From Promethearchaeota archaeon (GTDB lineage: Archaea > Asgardarchaeota > Lokiarchaeia > Sigyniarchaeales > SOKP01), in assembly GCA_019058365.1 (NCBI GenBank), contig JAHPZE010000015.1:1-64000 (forward strand): a stretch of 64,000 nt of DNA, given 5' to 3'. Below, piece by piece: positions 9,666-21,052 of the stretch; positions within the stretch are counted from its first letter, which is position 1, and each line of letters starts with the position of its first letter. The notes beneath the pieces were generated by a model that saw only the letters and a program-made list of their open reading frames with translations, had not been told where the DNA came from and ran no database searches. Made by a program: the position numbers and the translations under genes.

Positions 9666-10736
9666 TTAATATTTAAAATTATATTTTTGATAATTTAGAA
9701 TAAATTTATTATCAACTTCATTGAGACTTTTTATTTTATATAATAGAATATCTCTTTCTTGATTTGTAATAACAGGAAATTTATAGTAGACAGATTTATA
9801 TTTTATTTCTTTATTTTGCTTTTGATATTTTTCTATAAAATTGATATGCTGATTTAGTCTATCATTTAATAATTCAAGATTAAGTTGTTTAATATTCTCT
9901 ATATTTTTTTTAAATATATTTATGAATTCGGAGTTAATCTCATACCCAATTGAATTTCTTGCAGAGATCATTGCTGCTAAAGATGTTGTTCCTGTTCCCC
10001 AGAAAGGATCTAAAATTGTATCTTCATATAAAGAATACATATTAATTAAACGACAGGGCAATTCTAAAGGATAAGCTGCTGAACGTTCCCTGATTTTATT
10101 TTGATTAGAAATGTTTTTGTTTAGATTTTGAGAAGATCCCCTTATCCCCTCCCAGATATCTGAAAACCATTTATTCCTTTCTTCCCAAAAAAAAGCACTA
10201 TGATATCTATTTTCAGATTTTGGTAGTATATCTTGTCTAATATCTCCTTTTCTAAAAAGTAGAATGTACTCATGCTCAAGAGTAACATACGCATTTGGAG
10301 GTAGCATTCCAGAACCTAAGAACTTATTTGGACTATTTGTTGGTTTTTTCCACAGGATACTAGGTAATTCAACAAAATCTTTATTTTGGAAAAAGCTGAT
10401 TATTTTTGCATGATTTGGAAATAATTGGAAGGTCTTACCAATTTTTCTTGTAGCATCTCCAATATTTATGCAAGCAATTCCTCCTAATTTTAATACTCTT
10501 ATTACTTCATTCCACACTTTCTCTAACTCTATATGCATTAAATTAAATGCTTTTTTACTATTTTCCTCTTCAAGTACTTTTTTTATCTCATTATTTAGAG
10601 TAAAAAATAATGAATCCCACATCTCGATCATAGGATAAGGTGGTGAAGTTATCATCAAATCTACAGAATTAGATTCTATTTCACTCATATCTGATGAATT
10701 TTTGAAAAATATTTTATGAATAGTATCCATTTTCAA
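9666..10736 (-). CDS. Site-specific DNA methyltransferase, beta class (probably N4-cytosine)
   Basis: ITSPPY catalytic motif precedes the DPFWGTGTT SAM-binding motif. Confidence 0.9.
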   Translation of the reverse strand: MKMDTIHKIFFKNSSDMSEIESNSVDLMITSPPYPMIEMWDSLFFTLNNEIKKVLEEENSKKAFNLMHIELEKVWNEVIRVLKLGGIACINIGDATRKIGKTFQLFPNHAKIISFFQNKDFVELPSILWKKPTNSPNKFLGSGMLPPNAYVTLEHEYILLFRKGDIRQDILPKSENRYHSAFFWEERNKWFSDIWEGIRGSSQNLNKNISNQNKIRERSAAYPLELPCRLINMYSLYEDTILDPFWGTGTTSLAAMISARNSIGYEINSEFINIFKKNIENIKQLNLELLNDRLNQHINFIEKYQKQNKEIKYKSVYYKFPVITNQERDILLYKIKSLNEVDNKFILNYQKYNFKY

Positions 10737-10919
10737 TGATCAAATATTAAAAATTCAAATTCTATACAAGAATATTTCATTTAAAATTTATATAAATTAT
10801 TATCAAAGAATAGATAAAGATAAGTCGTAGCATTAAAAATGTTCAAATAATTTTAGTAATCCCTGACATATTCTTATTGAATATTTAATTGGCTTAATAA
10901 ATGGACGAATTTAAAATTT

Positions 10920-12020
10920 TTAGTCTAATAATTGATTAAAATATCCAATAATTCTCAGTTTATTATCAAATCGATTAAAATCTGTTATAATTCCTTTTAA
11001 TCCAGAGCCATTATGATAAAGAAATTTATCAAATTTCATATTAACTATTCCAGAGCTTCCAGGAAGAATTTCTTCTCCGTTTATAAATTTAAATGGTGAA
11101 GTTTTTAAGTCTACTAACGCGTTATATTGAATTCCATTTCCTGGTTTAATAGAATTATTTTTTGGTTTATAAAATTGATTGACAAAAACCCTTGCCTTAA
11201 TTTGATGTTCTGATTTGTATAATCCTTGATTAATTAAAATATTATCTCTACTGATATCATCTGCGGAAATATTACCCTTTAAAGCAAGACCGACTCGATC
11301 ACCTTTAATAGCCATTTTAAAATCTCGATCATGTTTTTGGATACTTCGAATAATAACTTTTTTACTTGGACCATCATATCCAGTTAATTCCAACATCTGA
11401 CCTGTGTTAACTCTCCCTTCTTTAATAATTCCTAAAATAACTGTTCCAATACCCTTTACTGGAAAAGCATGATCTATCAAAATTTTTGTAATTCCATTAA
11501 TCTCTACATTTAATTCTTGAGACTGTGAATGAATTTCAATTATTTTCTTTTTCAGCGTAATGTAATCTTCTTTAATCTTCAAATCGAATACTTGTGCATC
11601 TTTTAAACTTGTTGTATCAAGAATTTTTTTTAATTTATTTTTAAAATCTAATAATTTCCATTCATTACTTGAGTTAATACCGGAAATAATTACTAAATCT
11701 TTTGTATTATATAATTGGTGAAATAAGTCCATCCCAACTATTATTTCACCTATAATAGAGTTTAAGCCCATATCTAAATCTATAACCAAAATGTGAATAT
11801 TAGTTAAGACCAGTGTTTGTAAAAATGGTTTAATTTTATCAGGATAATCTAAGGGAGTTAAAGCACAAAATACTTGGTTCAACTCACTATCAAGTCTATT
11901 ATAAAATTGGATATCTGATTTTGTACCGGGAGCACCTAATGCTTGTCCTATAAGTTTATTGTGTTCTAAATTTTCTCCAAAAATTCCTACAATAAAATTA
12001 TGTTCTACTGATTCACTCAT
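10920..12020 (-). CDS. Archaeal SelB-like translation factor homologue (aSelBL type; EF-Tu domain II, degenerate G domain)
   Basis: IDHAFPVKGIGTVILG...RSIQKHD...GDRVGLALKG domain II motifs; no intact GxxxxGKT P-loop. Confidence 0.8.
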   Translation of the reverse strand: MSESVEHNFIVGIFGENLEHNKLIGQALGAPGTKSDIQFYNRLDSELNQVFCALTPLDYPDKIKPFLQTLVLTNIHILVIDLDMGLNSIIGEIIVGMDLFHQLYNTKDLVIISGINSSNEWKLLDFKNKLKKILDTTSLKDAQVFDLKIKEDYITLKKKIIEIHSQSQELNVEINGITKILIDHAFPVKGIGTVILGIIKEGRVNTGQMLELTGYDGPSKKVIIRSIQKHDRDFKMAIKGDRVGLALKGNISADDISRDNILINQGLYKSEHQIKARVFVNQFYKPKNNSIKPGNGIQYNALVDLKTSPFKFINGEEILPGSSGIVNMKFDKFLYHNGSGLKGIITDFNRFDNKLRIIGYFNQLLD

Positions 12021-12164
12021 TAAATCTGAAAAATGTGTACTGAGTCTAAAATTTTATGATTAAAAAGGAAAAGTTTAAATTTCAATTTTTAACTCTGGTT
12101 TTTAAAATTTTATTTATTTTATTGTTAAAAAATTTAAAATTAGATTAACCATTAGTTGATTATC

Positions 12165-13685
12165 ATGGTTAGAGACGCAAAAGTTAACCAAGTAATTTTG
12201 ATTATTCTTGATGATGTTCGTGCAGAACATTTATTTAAACTGATGAATGAAGGAAAGCTTCCAAATATGAAAGAAGTAGCAGAAAGTGGTATTTCATGTT
12301 CAAATTGTGTTACTTCTTATCCTTCTATTACTTTTCCATGTTATGGTAATATAGTTACTGGTTCATATTCAGGATATTTTCCTAAAGAAGGAAGTGCTGT
12401 TCCAATGTATCATTGGTTAAATAGAATGGACCCTCCATCAACGAGTAAAAAACCACCGTTTATTCGTAATTATGGAGATAGATCGAAAGTATTAAAAATA
12501 AATAATGATATTGGCAAAAATGTAAGAACTATTTTTGAACAAGCTCCACAAGGAAATGCATTAAGTTCTTTCTGTTTTTTATATCGTGGAGCTTTCTTTG
12601 TTGTTGGAAAAAGTGTTTTTGATTTAGAAGGTATCTTTAAACATATTTCAAATTCTTTTGAAAACCCGGGAATGTATTTTTCTAATAAAGAAATTCCATT
12701 AATAGCTGTAGGTTATGTTCTCCATACTGATGATCTTATGCATAAACTAGGATTTGATCACCCTAATTACATTAATTTAATAGTTGAGTGTGATAAATAT
12801 CTTGGATCAATAATAAAAACATTGAAAACAACAGGTTATTATGATGATACTGCAATTGCGATTATTACTGATCATGGTAATTATAAAGCTAAAAATATAG
12901 TTGATCTGGAACCATTTTTTCAACAAAAAGGGTTGATTCCTTATGTACCTGAAAAAGGTACAGGAGATTTTGATTGTAATTTTGGCTCAGTTGGCTTCTT
13001 TAATTTTCCAGGAGAAACTTGGCATCATCATCCTACAATTAAACAAATGGAAAGATTTAAACCGAGTGGTAATGGAAAACAAGAGATTGATTTATTTGGG
13101 ACATTATGGGAAATTCCTGGAGTTAAATATATGTATTATAGAGACGATGATAATAAACCAGAAAAAGGAAAGATTCATATAAAATATCGAGATGAAGAAT
13201 CTAAGAAGATAATCAAAGGAGCGATAGAATACCAAGGTTTTGGTAAAGAACAAAAAACAAGATATATATTTGAAGATTTTGATTTCTATAGATACAGTGA
13301 AAATGATAAATCAGCGAAATTCCTTGATAATAGATTTCATACAATCGAAGAATGGCTAGAGGCTACTAATCACATTGATTTTCCTATGATAGTCGACCAA
13401 ATCCCTCGATATTTTAAAAATCCTAGATCTTGCGACATAATAATATCAACTTTGGGAGAATATAGCTTTGGATATGAACATGGCAAAACAGTAGTCACAA
13501 CTCCATTTTCTCATGATATTGGTACCAGAAACTCTATGATCGTGCCATTTATTGTTGGGGGTTCCCCAGAAATTCCACAAATGGAAATTTCATATTGTAA
13601 AACTACAGATATGGTTCCCACTCTATTAGCTTTACTAGGAATTAAACCACACTCTAGTGTTATTGGTAAATCAATCTTACCTTAA
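12165..13685 (+). CDS. Alkaline phosphatase superfamily protein (nucleotide pyrophosphatase/phosphodiesterase type)
   Basis: LIILDDV, YPSITFP (Thr nucleophile), DDLMH, ITDHG and C-terminal SHD metal ligands. Confidence 0.85.
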   Translation: MVRDAKVNQVILIILDDVRAEHLFKLMNEGKLPNMKEVAESGISCSNCVTSYPSITFPCYGNIVTGSYSGYFPKEGSAVPMYHWLNRMDPPSTSKKPPFIRNYGDRSKVLKINNDIGKNVRTIFEQAPQGNALSSFCFLYRGAFFVVGKSVFDLEGIFKHISNSFENPGMYFSNKEIPLIAVGYVLHTDDLMHKLGFDHPNYINLIVECDKYLGSIIKTLKTTGYYDDTAIAIITDHGNYKAKNIVDLEPFFQQKGLIPYVPEKGTGDFDCNFGSVGFFNFPGETWHHHPTIKQMERFKPSGNGKQEIDLFGTLWEIPGVKYMYYRDDDNKPEKGKIHIKYRDEESKKIIKGAIEYQGFGKEQKTRYIFEDFDFYRYSENDKSAKFLDNRFHTIEEWLEATNHIDFPMIVDQIPRYFKNPRSCDIIISTLGEYSFGYEHGKTVVTTPFSHDIGTRNSMIVPFIVGGSPEIPQMEISYCKTTDMVPTLLALLGIKPHSSVIGKSILP

Positions 13686-13778
13686 TTTTTCTTTTAAATT
13701 CAAAATTCTTATAAACACAAGTTACAAGAATTTTTGAAAAAATTAGTTTTTATTAACATCTTTAATTAATTTTGATTT

Positions 13779-15941
13779 ATGAAAAAAACAAAAAACCAAG
13801 ACAATAATAAAGAATTATCATCAAATAGAGAATGGTCTCGTTTAAGACGAATTCCAAGATTATTTATTTACGGATTTGGTATTGTAACACTTTTTTGGTA
13901 TTTTTGGTGTGTTATTGGGTTAGTTATTGGAGTTATGTATTATATTTTCTTAAAAGATAATGCGTGGAAACGAAATGGAATTGTATTAGCGATAGCTATT
14001 GGCTTTGTTACAGTTTTTGTTTATTTTTATAAAGAAATTGCTCCTCTTCAGATCGTAATCTGGTATTCTGTTATTTTCATTATATCATATTCAGTATTTT
14101 TACTTATTTTAGAGGTTTTAAAGAGAAAAAAAATAACTATTAAAAAAGTTGTTCAATGGTATCAGAGGTATGTGAAGTTATCAAAAAGAAAACATAGAGC
14201 AATTGAGTTATTCATTATATTCTTACCTATTAATTTATGGACATCTGTGAGTATTGATCTGGGGGTAATGTTTGATAATAATCCAAGGCTCTTATGGGTA
14301 AATGTACCTACTATGGTTAAACCTAATGAAGTTTTTGACATCACAGTTGAAGCCTGGGATCCTTTTGAACGTTTAAGTGCTGTATATAAAGGTAATATAG
14401 AATTTTCTTTAGAATCATATAATTTTACTAATTATGAGATAATTGTAAATACTGAAGCAAATTTGCCAGAGCCATATAAATTTTCTGGTCAAATATTTGG
14501 TTCTGATATTGCTTATGAAATTAGAGATGGTAAGGATAACGGAAGACATGTATTTCACTCTAGTATTACTACTCCAGGGTTTCATTATATTTTAGTATAT
14601 GATAGCATAACAAGAAATACATACTACAGCAATCCTATTATAGTAAATAATTATTCTTCATCAGATCCATTTATAGTTTGGGGGGATCCTCATACTCACT
14701 CTCAGCTTTCTGATGGGACAGGAACAGCAGACCATTCGTTCTATTATGCAAAACATATTGCATGTCTTGACTTTTATGCACTAACAGATCATGCTGAGAT
14801 TATGCTATTTACTCCATGGTCACTTAACATACTTGAAGATTGTACTAATAATTGGTATGAACCTAATAATTTTGTAACATTACATGGTATAGAATGGACT
14901 TGCGTCAGAACAGGTCACTACGTTTGTATTTTCAGTGGAAATACATTATTAAAGTCACCTATACTTGATTCATATTTTACTGTTAAGTCTCCTCAAGCGT
15001 TATGGAATGTTCTTGATGATTTCACATCAACCCATGGGGTAAGGGCATTAGCACTACCGCATCATTCCACCAAAGAGGCTTATATTCAAGATTGGACGTA
15101 TAACAACCCGAAATATGTTAAGATCGTAGAAGTATCTTCTGTTCATGGAGAGTTCCTATTTGAACAGCGACATCCTTTAAATTACATAGGGGCACTAGAC
15201 AAACCCCCCACATATACAAATGGTTCTTCAGTCGTTGATGCATTTACCATGGGGTATAGAATGACAATGTATGTTGATAGTGATGAGCATGATGGTCATC
15301 CAGGTCATAGTTTAAGTCATACAAGAGCATATATTGGACATCAACGTCCTTTTAGTTTATGGCATACTCGAAACGAACATCCTTATCCTGGAGGTTTAAC
15401 AGCTGTTTATGTTAACAACCTTACAAGAGAAGGAGTTTTCAGTGGATTAGAAAACCAAAGAATTTATGCAAATTCAGACCATGGACGCCCAATTCTTACA
15501 TTCCAAATAAATAAAACACGTGTAGGAGATGGTTCGACATTTGTAGCCAATGGTTCAACCGGACATAGAGAAATAAATATCTTTTTGGCTCAAGATGGGG
15601 CTCCAGTTGCACAAAAATCTAAAGCTGCTTCAGTCACCTCAAATTGGATTCCAAATTGGAATGCAAATATTGAAATTATTAAAAATGGGAAGTTATGGCA
15701 CACTGAAAAAATATCTTCACCAATTGTCAATATTACTATTATTGACACTGAACCTATTACAGGGATTTCATACGAAAATAGTTGCATCAAAAGAGGAAAT
15801 AATTATTATATAAATCAATACAGTGATAACCCGATTGATCCTAGCACTTTAAATACAAATGGTTATGATTTTTATTTGATCCGTGTTGTAGGAGAAAATG
15901 GACGAATGTCTTACGCTGGGCCTATATGGGTGGAATATTAA
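13779..15941 (+). CDS. Membrane-anchored PHP-fold metallohydrolase (DUF3604-like)
   Basis: N-terminal TM helices; WGDPHTHSQLSDG, ALTDH, GIEWT, PHH, SDEHDGHPG motifs. Confidence 0.8.
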   Translation: MKKTKNQDNNKELSSNREWSRLRRIPRLFIYGFGIVTLFWYFWCVIGLVIGVMYYIFLKDNAWKRNGIVLAIAIGFVTVFVYFYKEIAPLQIVIWYSVIFIISYSVFLLILEVLKRKKITIKKVVQWYQRYVKLSKRKHRAIELFIIFLPINLWTSVSIDLGVMFDNNPRLLWVNVPTMVKPNEVFDITVEAWDPFERLSAVYKGNIEFSLESYNFTNYEIIVNTEANLPEPYKFSGQIFGSDIAYEIRDGKDNGRHVFHSSITTPGFHYILVYDSITRNTYYSNPIIVNNYSSSDPFIVWGDPHTHSQLSDGTGTADHSFYYAKHIACLDFYALTDHAEIMLFTPWSLNILEDCTNNWYEPNNFVTLHGIEWTCVRTGHYVCIFSGNTLLKSPILDSYFTVKSPQALWNVLDDFTSTHGVRALALPHHSTKEAYIQDWTYNNPKYVKIVEVSSVHGEFLFEQRHPLNYIGALDKPPTYTNGSSVVDAFTMGYRMTMYVDSDEHDGHPGHSLSHTRAYIGHQRPFSLWHTRNEHPYPGGLTAVYVNNLTREGVFSGLENQRIYANSDHGRPILTFQINKTRVGDGSTFVANGSTGHREINIFLAQDGAPVAQKSKAASVTSNWIPNWNANIEIIKNGKLWHTEKISSPIVNITIIDTEPITGISYENSCIKRGNNYYINQYSDNPIDPSTLNTNGYDFYLIRVVGENGRMSYAGPIWVEY

Positions 15942-16031
15942 AGATTCCTCCTTTTTATCATATTCAATTAGTTTAAATTGAACAAATCTTTAACAAAATC
16001 AATTAGAATTTTTAATTGCAGGGTAAATGAG

Positions 16032-18827
16032 ATGAAAGCTAATAATATAATAATTGTCCCAGAAACACATTGGGATAGAGAATGGTATCTCACATTCCAA
16101 GAATTTCGTGCTAAACTTGTAATTATGATGGATAAATTATTGAATATTCTAAAAACTGATCCAGATTATAAAAATTTTACACTCGATGGCCAAATTATAC
16201 CCATTGAAGATTATTTAGAAGTAAGACCCGAAAGGGAAGAAGAAATCAAAGAATATGTCCAGCAAGGAAGGATTTCTATTGGCCCTATGTATGTACTCCC
16301 GGATGAATTTTTAGTTAATGGTGAATCATTAATTAGAAACCTTATGATTGGACATCAGATTGCTAGAGGGTTCGGAAGGATAATGAATGCGCTTTATATT
16401 CCTGATCCATTCGGTCATATAGCTCAATTACCACAAATTGCTTATGGGTTTGATCATTCATCTATTATATTTGAAAGAGGTTTTGGTAATGAATTTACTG
16501 AAAAACAATTAAATATGGAATTTTATTGGGACGCTCCAGGAAAAGCAGCATCTGTTTTGGGTATTCATCTAATTAGAAGCTATGGATCATTAGCCTTTTT
16601 AGATATTTCTTTAGAACATGGAATCTATAAAAATGCACTTGAAAAGATTAAGAGAGTTGTTGCTGATTTAGAAAATTATACTGCAACACCAATAATATTA
16701 CTCAATAATGGTTCAGATCATTATGAGGCAAATCCAAAAATTGCCGAGATAGTTAAACAATGGAATCAATTAAATCCCAATGTATTATTAGAACAGAATG
16801 ATTTTGAGTACTACATTAAAAAAGTTCTTTCAATAAAACCAAAGTTAAATTCTTTTCAAGGAGAACTTAGAGGTGCAAAATATTCAAATATTATATCAGG
16901 AGTATTTTCTGCCAGAATGTGGATAAAACAAAGAAATTCAAAAATAGAATATTTATTTGAAAAATATACTGAGCCAATTTCTGCAATTACATGGGTCTTA
17001 GATAAATTTCAGCAATTTACTTACCCGGATTCTTATATAAAAACCGGATTAAAGTGGTTAATTAAAAATCATCCTCATGATTCGATTTGTGGCTGTAGTA
17101 TTGATCAAGTTCATAAGGAAATGATAACTCGGTTTGATTGGGCTGAACAAATAGGAAATGAAGTATTTAATCTCTCATTTCTATATCTATCAGATTTAAT
17201 TTCACTTAAAGATCAAGTAAAAAATAGAGTTACCTTAATTGTATTTAATCCATTACCTTGGAAGCGAAGAGATATTGTAATTTTTAATGGAATTTCAAGT
17301 ATGAAGAAAATTCAGAATGGATTCCCTAAAAACTTTAAGATAATAGATTCATATGATAAGGAAATTGAATATCAAGGACATTATATTCCAAGAAAACCCA
17401 GATTTTCTACAGAAAATGATATTACGTTTCAATTCTCATTTATTGCGAATGTTCCAGCATGTGGTTATAAAGTGTATTATATTATACTTGAAGAGGAACC
17501 TAAAAAAAATAAAAATAATAAAGTAGATTTTAATTTGGGAGAAAATTTAATTGAAAATGAATTTTATAAGGTAGAGGTAAAAAAGAAAGGACAAATCAAT
17601 ATCTATAATAAAAAAAATGCTGTTTGGTTTGAAAATGTATGTCAATTTGAGGATGTGGGTGATTGGGGAGATGAATATGATTTTTCAGGTCCCACACGTA
17701 AACAAATGGATAAAAAATTTACTACCAAGGATGCTGAGATATTGGAAATTACACCTTTTCTAAATGGTCCTTCTCAAAAGTCAATAAAAATCAAAATGAT
17801 TATAAAATTGCCTGCGTCATTAACATTAGATCGCCTACAAAGAGAAGATAAAAATATTAATAACATTATTAATCTCTATATTTCTTTATATAAAGGCATT
17901 AATCGGATTGATTTTAAAATAGATTTGGAAAATAATAGTAAAGATCACCGATTTAGAGTACTTTTTCCCTCCAAAATTACAACAGATAAGGTTTTCTGTG
18001 ATGGTCATTTTTATGTTGTTCCTAGAAATATTTTGTTGCCTAATGGGAGACATTGGGTACAAAAACCTTCTAAAACAAACCATCAAAAGGATTTTATTTT
18101 AGTAAATGATAAGTCAAAATGCTTTGCAGTTTTAAATCGAGGATTACCAGAATATGAAGCAATTGTGGATGAAGATGGGACAATTAAAATAGCAGTAACA
18201 CTTCTTCGCTGCATTGAATGGCTTTCAAGACATAATATAGATTCCAGAAGAAATGATGCAGGACCAAGTATAAATACTCCAGAAGCTCAATGTCTTGGAC
18301 ATCATGAGTTTGATTTATCTTTAATAATTGATGAATATAAATCCAATTGGTGGGACTCAGAAATTCATATTAAAGGGAAAGAGTTTAATTGTCCATTAAA
18401 ACCAATATTTCCTCGAATGTTAAAATCAACTCTGAGAAGTTCAGAAATATTATTATTGTCACGAAACGGTGTATTAGCAGATTTAGAAAAACTACCAGAG
18501 AAAAGTTTGAACTCAATTCTGCCAAACGAATTAAGTTTTTTAGAAATTGATAACAAGAATATCATTTTAAGTGCTTTGAAAAAAGCAGAAAAGGGAGATT
18601 ATCTTATTGTTCGAGTTTACAATATATCTCCTTCCTTACAAAAAGCTAAATTGAATTTTTATAAAAAAATTTCGATAAAAAAAGCTGAGATTGTAAATTT
18701 TCTTGAGGAACAACCTAAAAATGAAATTAAGGCAAAAATGAATAATTATATTAAAAATTCACTTGAAATAACAGTGGAACCACATGTAATTGTTACGTTT
18801 AAAATAGAGTGTGTACTATCGGAGTGA
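16032..18827 (+). CDS. Glycoside hydrolase family 38 alpha-mannosidase
   Basis: THWDREW, LDGQ, YIPDPFGH (nucleophile Asp), HPHDSICGCS; ATG 16032 preferred over TTG 15978. Confidence 0.92.
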   Translation: MKANNIIIVPETHWDREWYLTFQEFRAKLVIMMDKLLNILKTDPDYKNFTLDGQIIPIEDYLEVRPEREEEIKEYVQQGRISIGPMYVLPDEFLVNGESLIRNLMIGHQIARGFGRIMNALYIPDPFGHIAQLPQIAYGFDHSSIIFERGFGNEFTEKQLNMEFYWDAPGKAASVLGIHLIRSYGSLAFLDISLEHGIYKNALEKIKRVVADLENYTATPIILLNNGSDHYEANPKIAEIVKQWNQLNPNVLLEQNDFEYYIKKVLSIKPKLNSFQGELRGAKYSNIISGVFSARMWIKQRNSKIEYLFEKYTEPISAITWVLDKFQQFTYPDSYIKTGLKWLIKNHPHDSICGCSIDQVHKEMITRFDWAEQIGNEVFNLSFLYLSDLISLKDQVKNRVTLIVFNPLPWKRRDIVIFNGISSMKKIQNGFPKNFKIIDSYDKEIEYQGHYIPRKPRFSTENDITFQFSFIANVPACGYKVYYIILEEEPKKNKNNKVDFNLGENLIENEFYKVEVKKKGQINIYNKKNAVWFENVCQFEDVGDWGDEYDFSGPTRKQMDKKFTTKDAEILEITPFLNGPSQKSIKIKMIIKLPASLTLDRLQREDKNINNIINLYISLYKGINRIDFKIDLENNSKDHRFRVLFPSKITTDKVFCDGHFYVVPRNILLPNGRHWVQKPSKTNHQKDFILVNDKSKCFAVLNRGLPEYEAIVDEDGTIKIAVTLLRCIEWLSRHNIDSRRNDAGPSINTPEAQCLGHHEFDLSLIIDEYKSNWWDSEIHIKGKEFNCPLKPIFPRMLKSTLRSSEILLLSRNGVLADLEKLPEKSLNSILPNELSFLEIDNKNIILSALKKAEKGDYLIVRVYNISPSLQKAKLNFYKKISIKKAEIVNFLEEQPKNEIKAKMNNYIKNSLEITVEPHVIVTFKIECVLSE

Positions 18828-18834
18828 TTTATTT

Positions 18835-19953
18835 ATGAAAAATTCTAAAATAGATTTTGATGTTTTTATTATAGGGGCAGGTCCTGGCGGTTCTATCGCG
18901 GGTAAGATTGCTGTTGAAAATGGTTATAAGACTTGTATAATTGAAAAAGATGTGATTGGAGATAATGGGCGATATAAAGCATGCGGTGGTGCTATAGCTT
19001 GGGAGTTGATAGAAGAGATAGATTATCCAGAAGATAAAATAAGCCGTACTTTTGAATCCTTGGAGCTTCATCATGTTGATGGGATTAGATTTTCAAAAAA
19101 GGGGAAAGGGGTAACTATATGGCGAAATACATTTGATAAATTTCTAAGTGATATGGCTATAGATTGTGGTGCAATTCTGAAAGAAAGTGAACCTTTAATT
19201 GGTATTGAAAAAACTGATAGTTTTTATAGAATTAGCACCAAAAAGGGAAATTATATTGTTAAATACATAATTGCTTCTGATGGAGCAACCTCTACAACTC
19301 TGAAATTATTAGGATGGCCATATTTCAAAAAAGAAAATTTAATTTTAACAATTACTAAAGAAATGAAAACCTCTAAAGAATTTATTAATAAAATGTTAGG
19401 TAATGATGCCGTTCATGCATTTTTTGGCATAAAAAGTCTTATTCCTATTGGTTATGCATGGTTATTTCCAAAAGCTGAAACAATTACAGTAGGATGGGGG
19501 AATCAAATAAACTTAGTTAAAAATTCTAGGGAGGAATTTAAAAAATTTGAAAATCTTCCTTTTGTTAAAAATGCTCTACAAGACTCTAAATTGAGCATCT
19601 TCAAATCCCATCTCATTCCAGTAGGTTTACGACCTAAACTTTATGAGGATAACGTATTCGCTGTAGGTGATGCTGGGGGAATAGTAGATCCTATAAGTGG
19701 AAAAGGAATTCCTTATGCAATGATGAGTGGTCAAATCGCAATTGAAACGATTAAGACTTGCGAGAATAGAGATAAATTGGATAAACTTGGTATTTATTAT
19801 GAAAAAAACTTAGATAAAAAATTTCTCCGTGTTCTTAAAGCTAAACGAATAGCTCGAGATCAAATTTTCCAAAATGATGAGAATTTAAAAAGATTCCTTT
19901 CTCTGTGGGAAAAATATCGTAGTTCTGAGATAATAATGAGAAGATTACTTTAA
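18835..19953 (+). CDS. Geranylgeranyl reductase family FAD oxidoreductase
   Basis: GAGPGG, KACGGAI, GYAWLFPK, VGDAGGIVDPISGKGI; GGAGTGA SD before ATG 18835. Confidence 0.88.
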   Translation: MKNSKIDFDVFIIGAGPGGSIAGKIAVENGYKTCIIEKDVIGDNGRYKACGGAIAWELIEEIDYPEDKISRTFESLELHHVDGIRFSKKGKGVTIWRNTFDKFLSDMAIDCGAILKESEPLIGIEKTDSFYRISTKKGNYIVKYIIASDGATSTTLKLLGWPYFKKENLILTITKEMKTSKEFINKMLGNDAVHAFFGIKSLIPIGYAWLFPKAETITVGWGNQINLVKNSREEFKKFENLPFVKNALQDSKLSIFKSHLIPVGLRPKLYEDNVFAVGDAGGIVDPISGKGIPYAMMSGQIAIETIKTCENRDKLDKLGIYYEKNLDKKFLRVLKAKRIARDQIFQNDENLKRFLSLWEKYRSSEIIMRRLL

Positions 19954-20040
19954 TTTTAATTGTAAACATATGTGGCAATCCGAAATCTTTTATTTCTGGT
20001 AAATAAAAGTAGAACAATGAGTATTTTACGTATTATCAGC

Positions 20041-20925
20041 TTATGATTTGTTCGTCTCTAATATCCATGTTTCCCTTATTTTCTTCCTTCCCTTTAATTC
20101 CTTAAGTTTAAACCTTGGAATTTTTTCTAATAATTTAATTGAACTTAATTCTGAGCGAGGTGTTTCTATTTTCTTGAATATATTAAAGCCGCAATTCTTA
20201 AAGAAGGCTTTCGCTGCTTCAAAATTTTCAAATTTATTTTCTTCCACATGGTGTTCTGCGAGGAATTTTTTTCCCCGCTCATCATAGAAATTTTTTGTGA
20301 TTCCATGTTGGATTCCTTTCTTTATATAGATATCTGCTGTTATCCAATAACCTCCTCTTTCACTCAATAAATTATGGATTATTAGACATAACTTTCGTTT
20401 TTGCCTTTCATTAAGATAAATCAATAATCCTTCATTCACAATTGCGAACGCTCCAGTAGAAAAACGGTTAATAATTTCAGCAAAAGCGTCTTCATCCAAT
20501 ACATTCAATGCCTGCTGGAATAAATTTTCTGTAGGATATTTACAAAATCTTTTGGTTAATTCCTTCACAATAACCTTTTTAGTTTCTATTATTTGAGGCA
20601 GATCAGTATCTATATAACAGATCTCAGGATCTTTGCACATACTTAGCCCACGAAAGGAAAAACCAGAAGAAAATTCAACTATATTTTTTATTCCGAATTC
20701 GGTCAGCGCCTTATCAACCGACCTATACCTATCTTCAAAATGAATAAGTCTCAATAAGAAACCAATTGATGATAATCTTTTCTTACCATATTGCATGCTG
20801 TTTTCACCCCAGATCAAATTAGCTGCTTCTTTTGCAAAAGGAATGGTTGTTAGTGCCTTAGTTAAAAGCAGCGATTTAGCAGAATGGCTGATTGAATCAA
20901 AATCAGGATTTAACAATTCTTTCAT
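20041..20925 (-). CDS. Class I SAM-dependent methyltransferase (leucine carboxyl methyltransferase-like)
   Basis: IVEFSSGFSFRG, YIDTDLP and NEGLLIYL motifs. Confidence 0.75.
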   Translation of the reverse strand: MKELLNPDFDSISHSAKSLLLTKALTTIPFAKEAANLIWGENSMQYGKKRLSSIGFLLRLIHFEDRYRSVDKALTEFGIKNIVEFSSGFSFRGLSMCKDPEICYIDTDLPQIIETKKVIVKELTKRFCKYPTENLFQQALNVLDEDAFAEIINRFSTGAFAIVNEGLLIYLNERQKRKLCLIIHNLLSERGGYWITADIYIKKGIQHGITKNFYDERGKKFLAEHHVEENKFENFEAAKAFFKNCGFNIFKKIETPRSELSSIKLLEKIPRFKLKELKGRKKIRETWILETNKS

Positions 20926-21052
20926 TATGCTTATTTTTAATTCTTCAAACTAAAAGAATTTTTTCCCCGAGTTATCAATCGAGGTTCAAGTAAATTTTAC
21001 TGTTTATTGTTAAGCTAATTAATAGATTTTTCAGAAAAATAATTATAGTTAA

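Noticed and set aside
8646-10736. Hypothetical gene plus convergent methyltransferase as a type II restriction-modification pair
   Set aside because: No PD-(D/E)xK, HNH or GIY-YIG motif was recognised, and the UGA/SECIS signals point elsewhere; not fully excluded without a structure search
10920-12020. Calling this gene selB
   Set aside because: No P-loop or G3/G4 motifs and too short; fits aSelBL rather than the Sec-specific elongation factor
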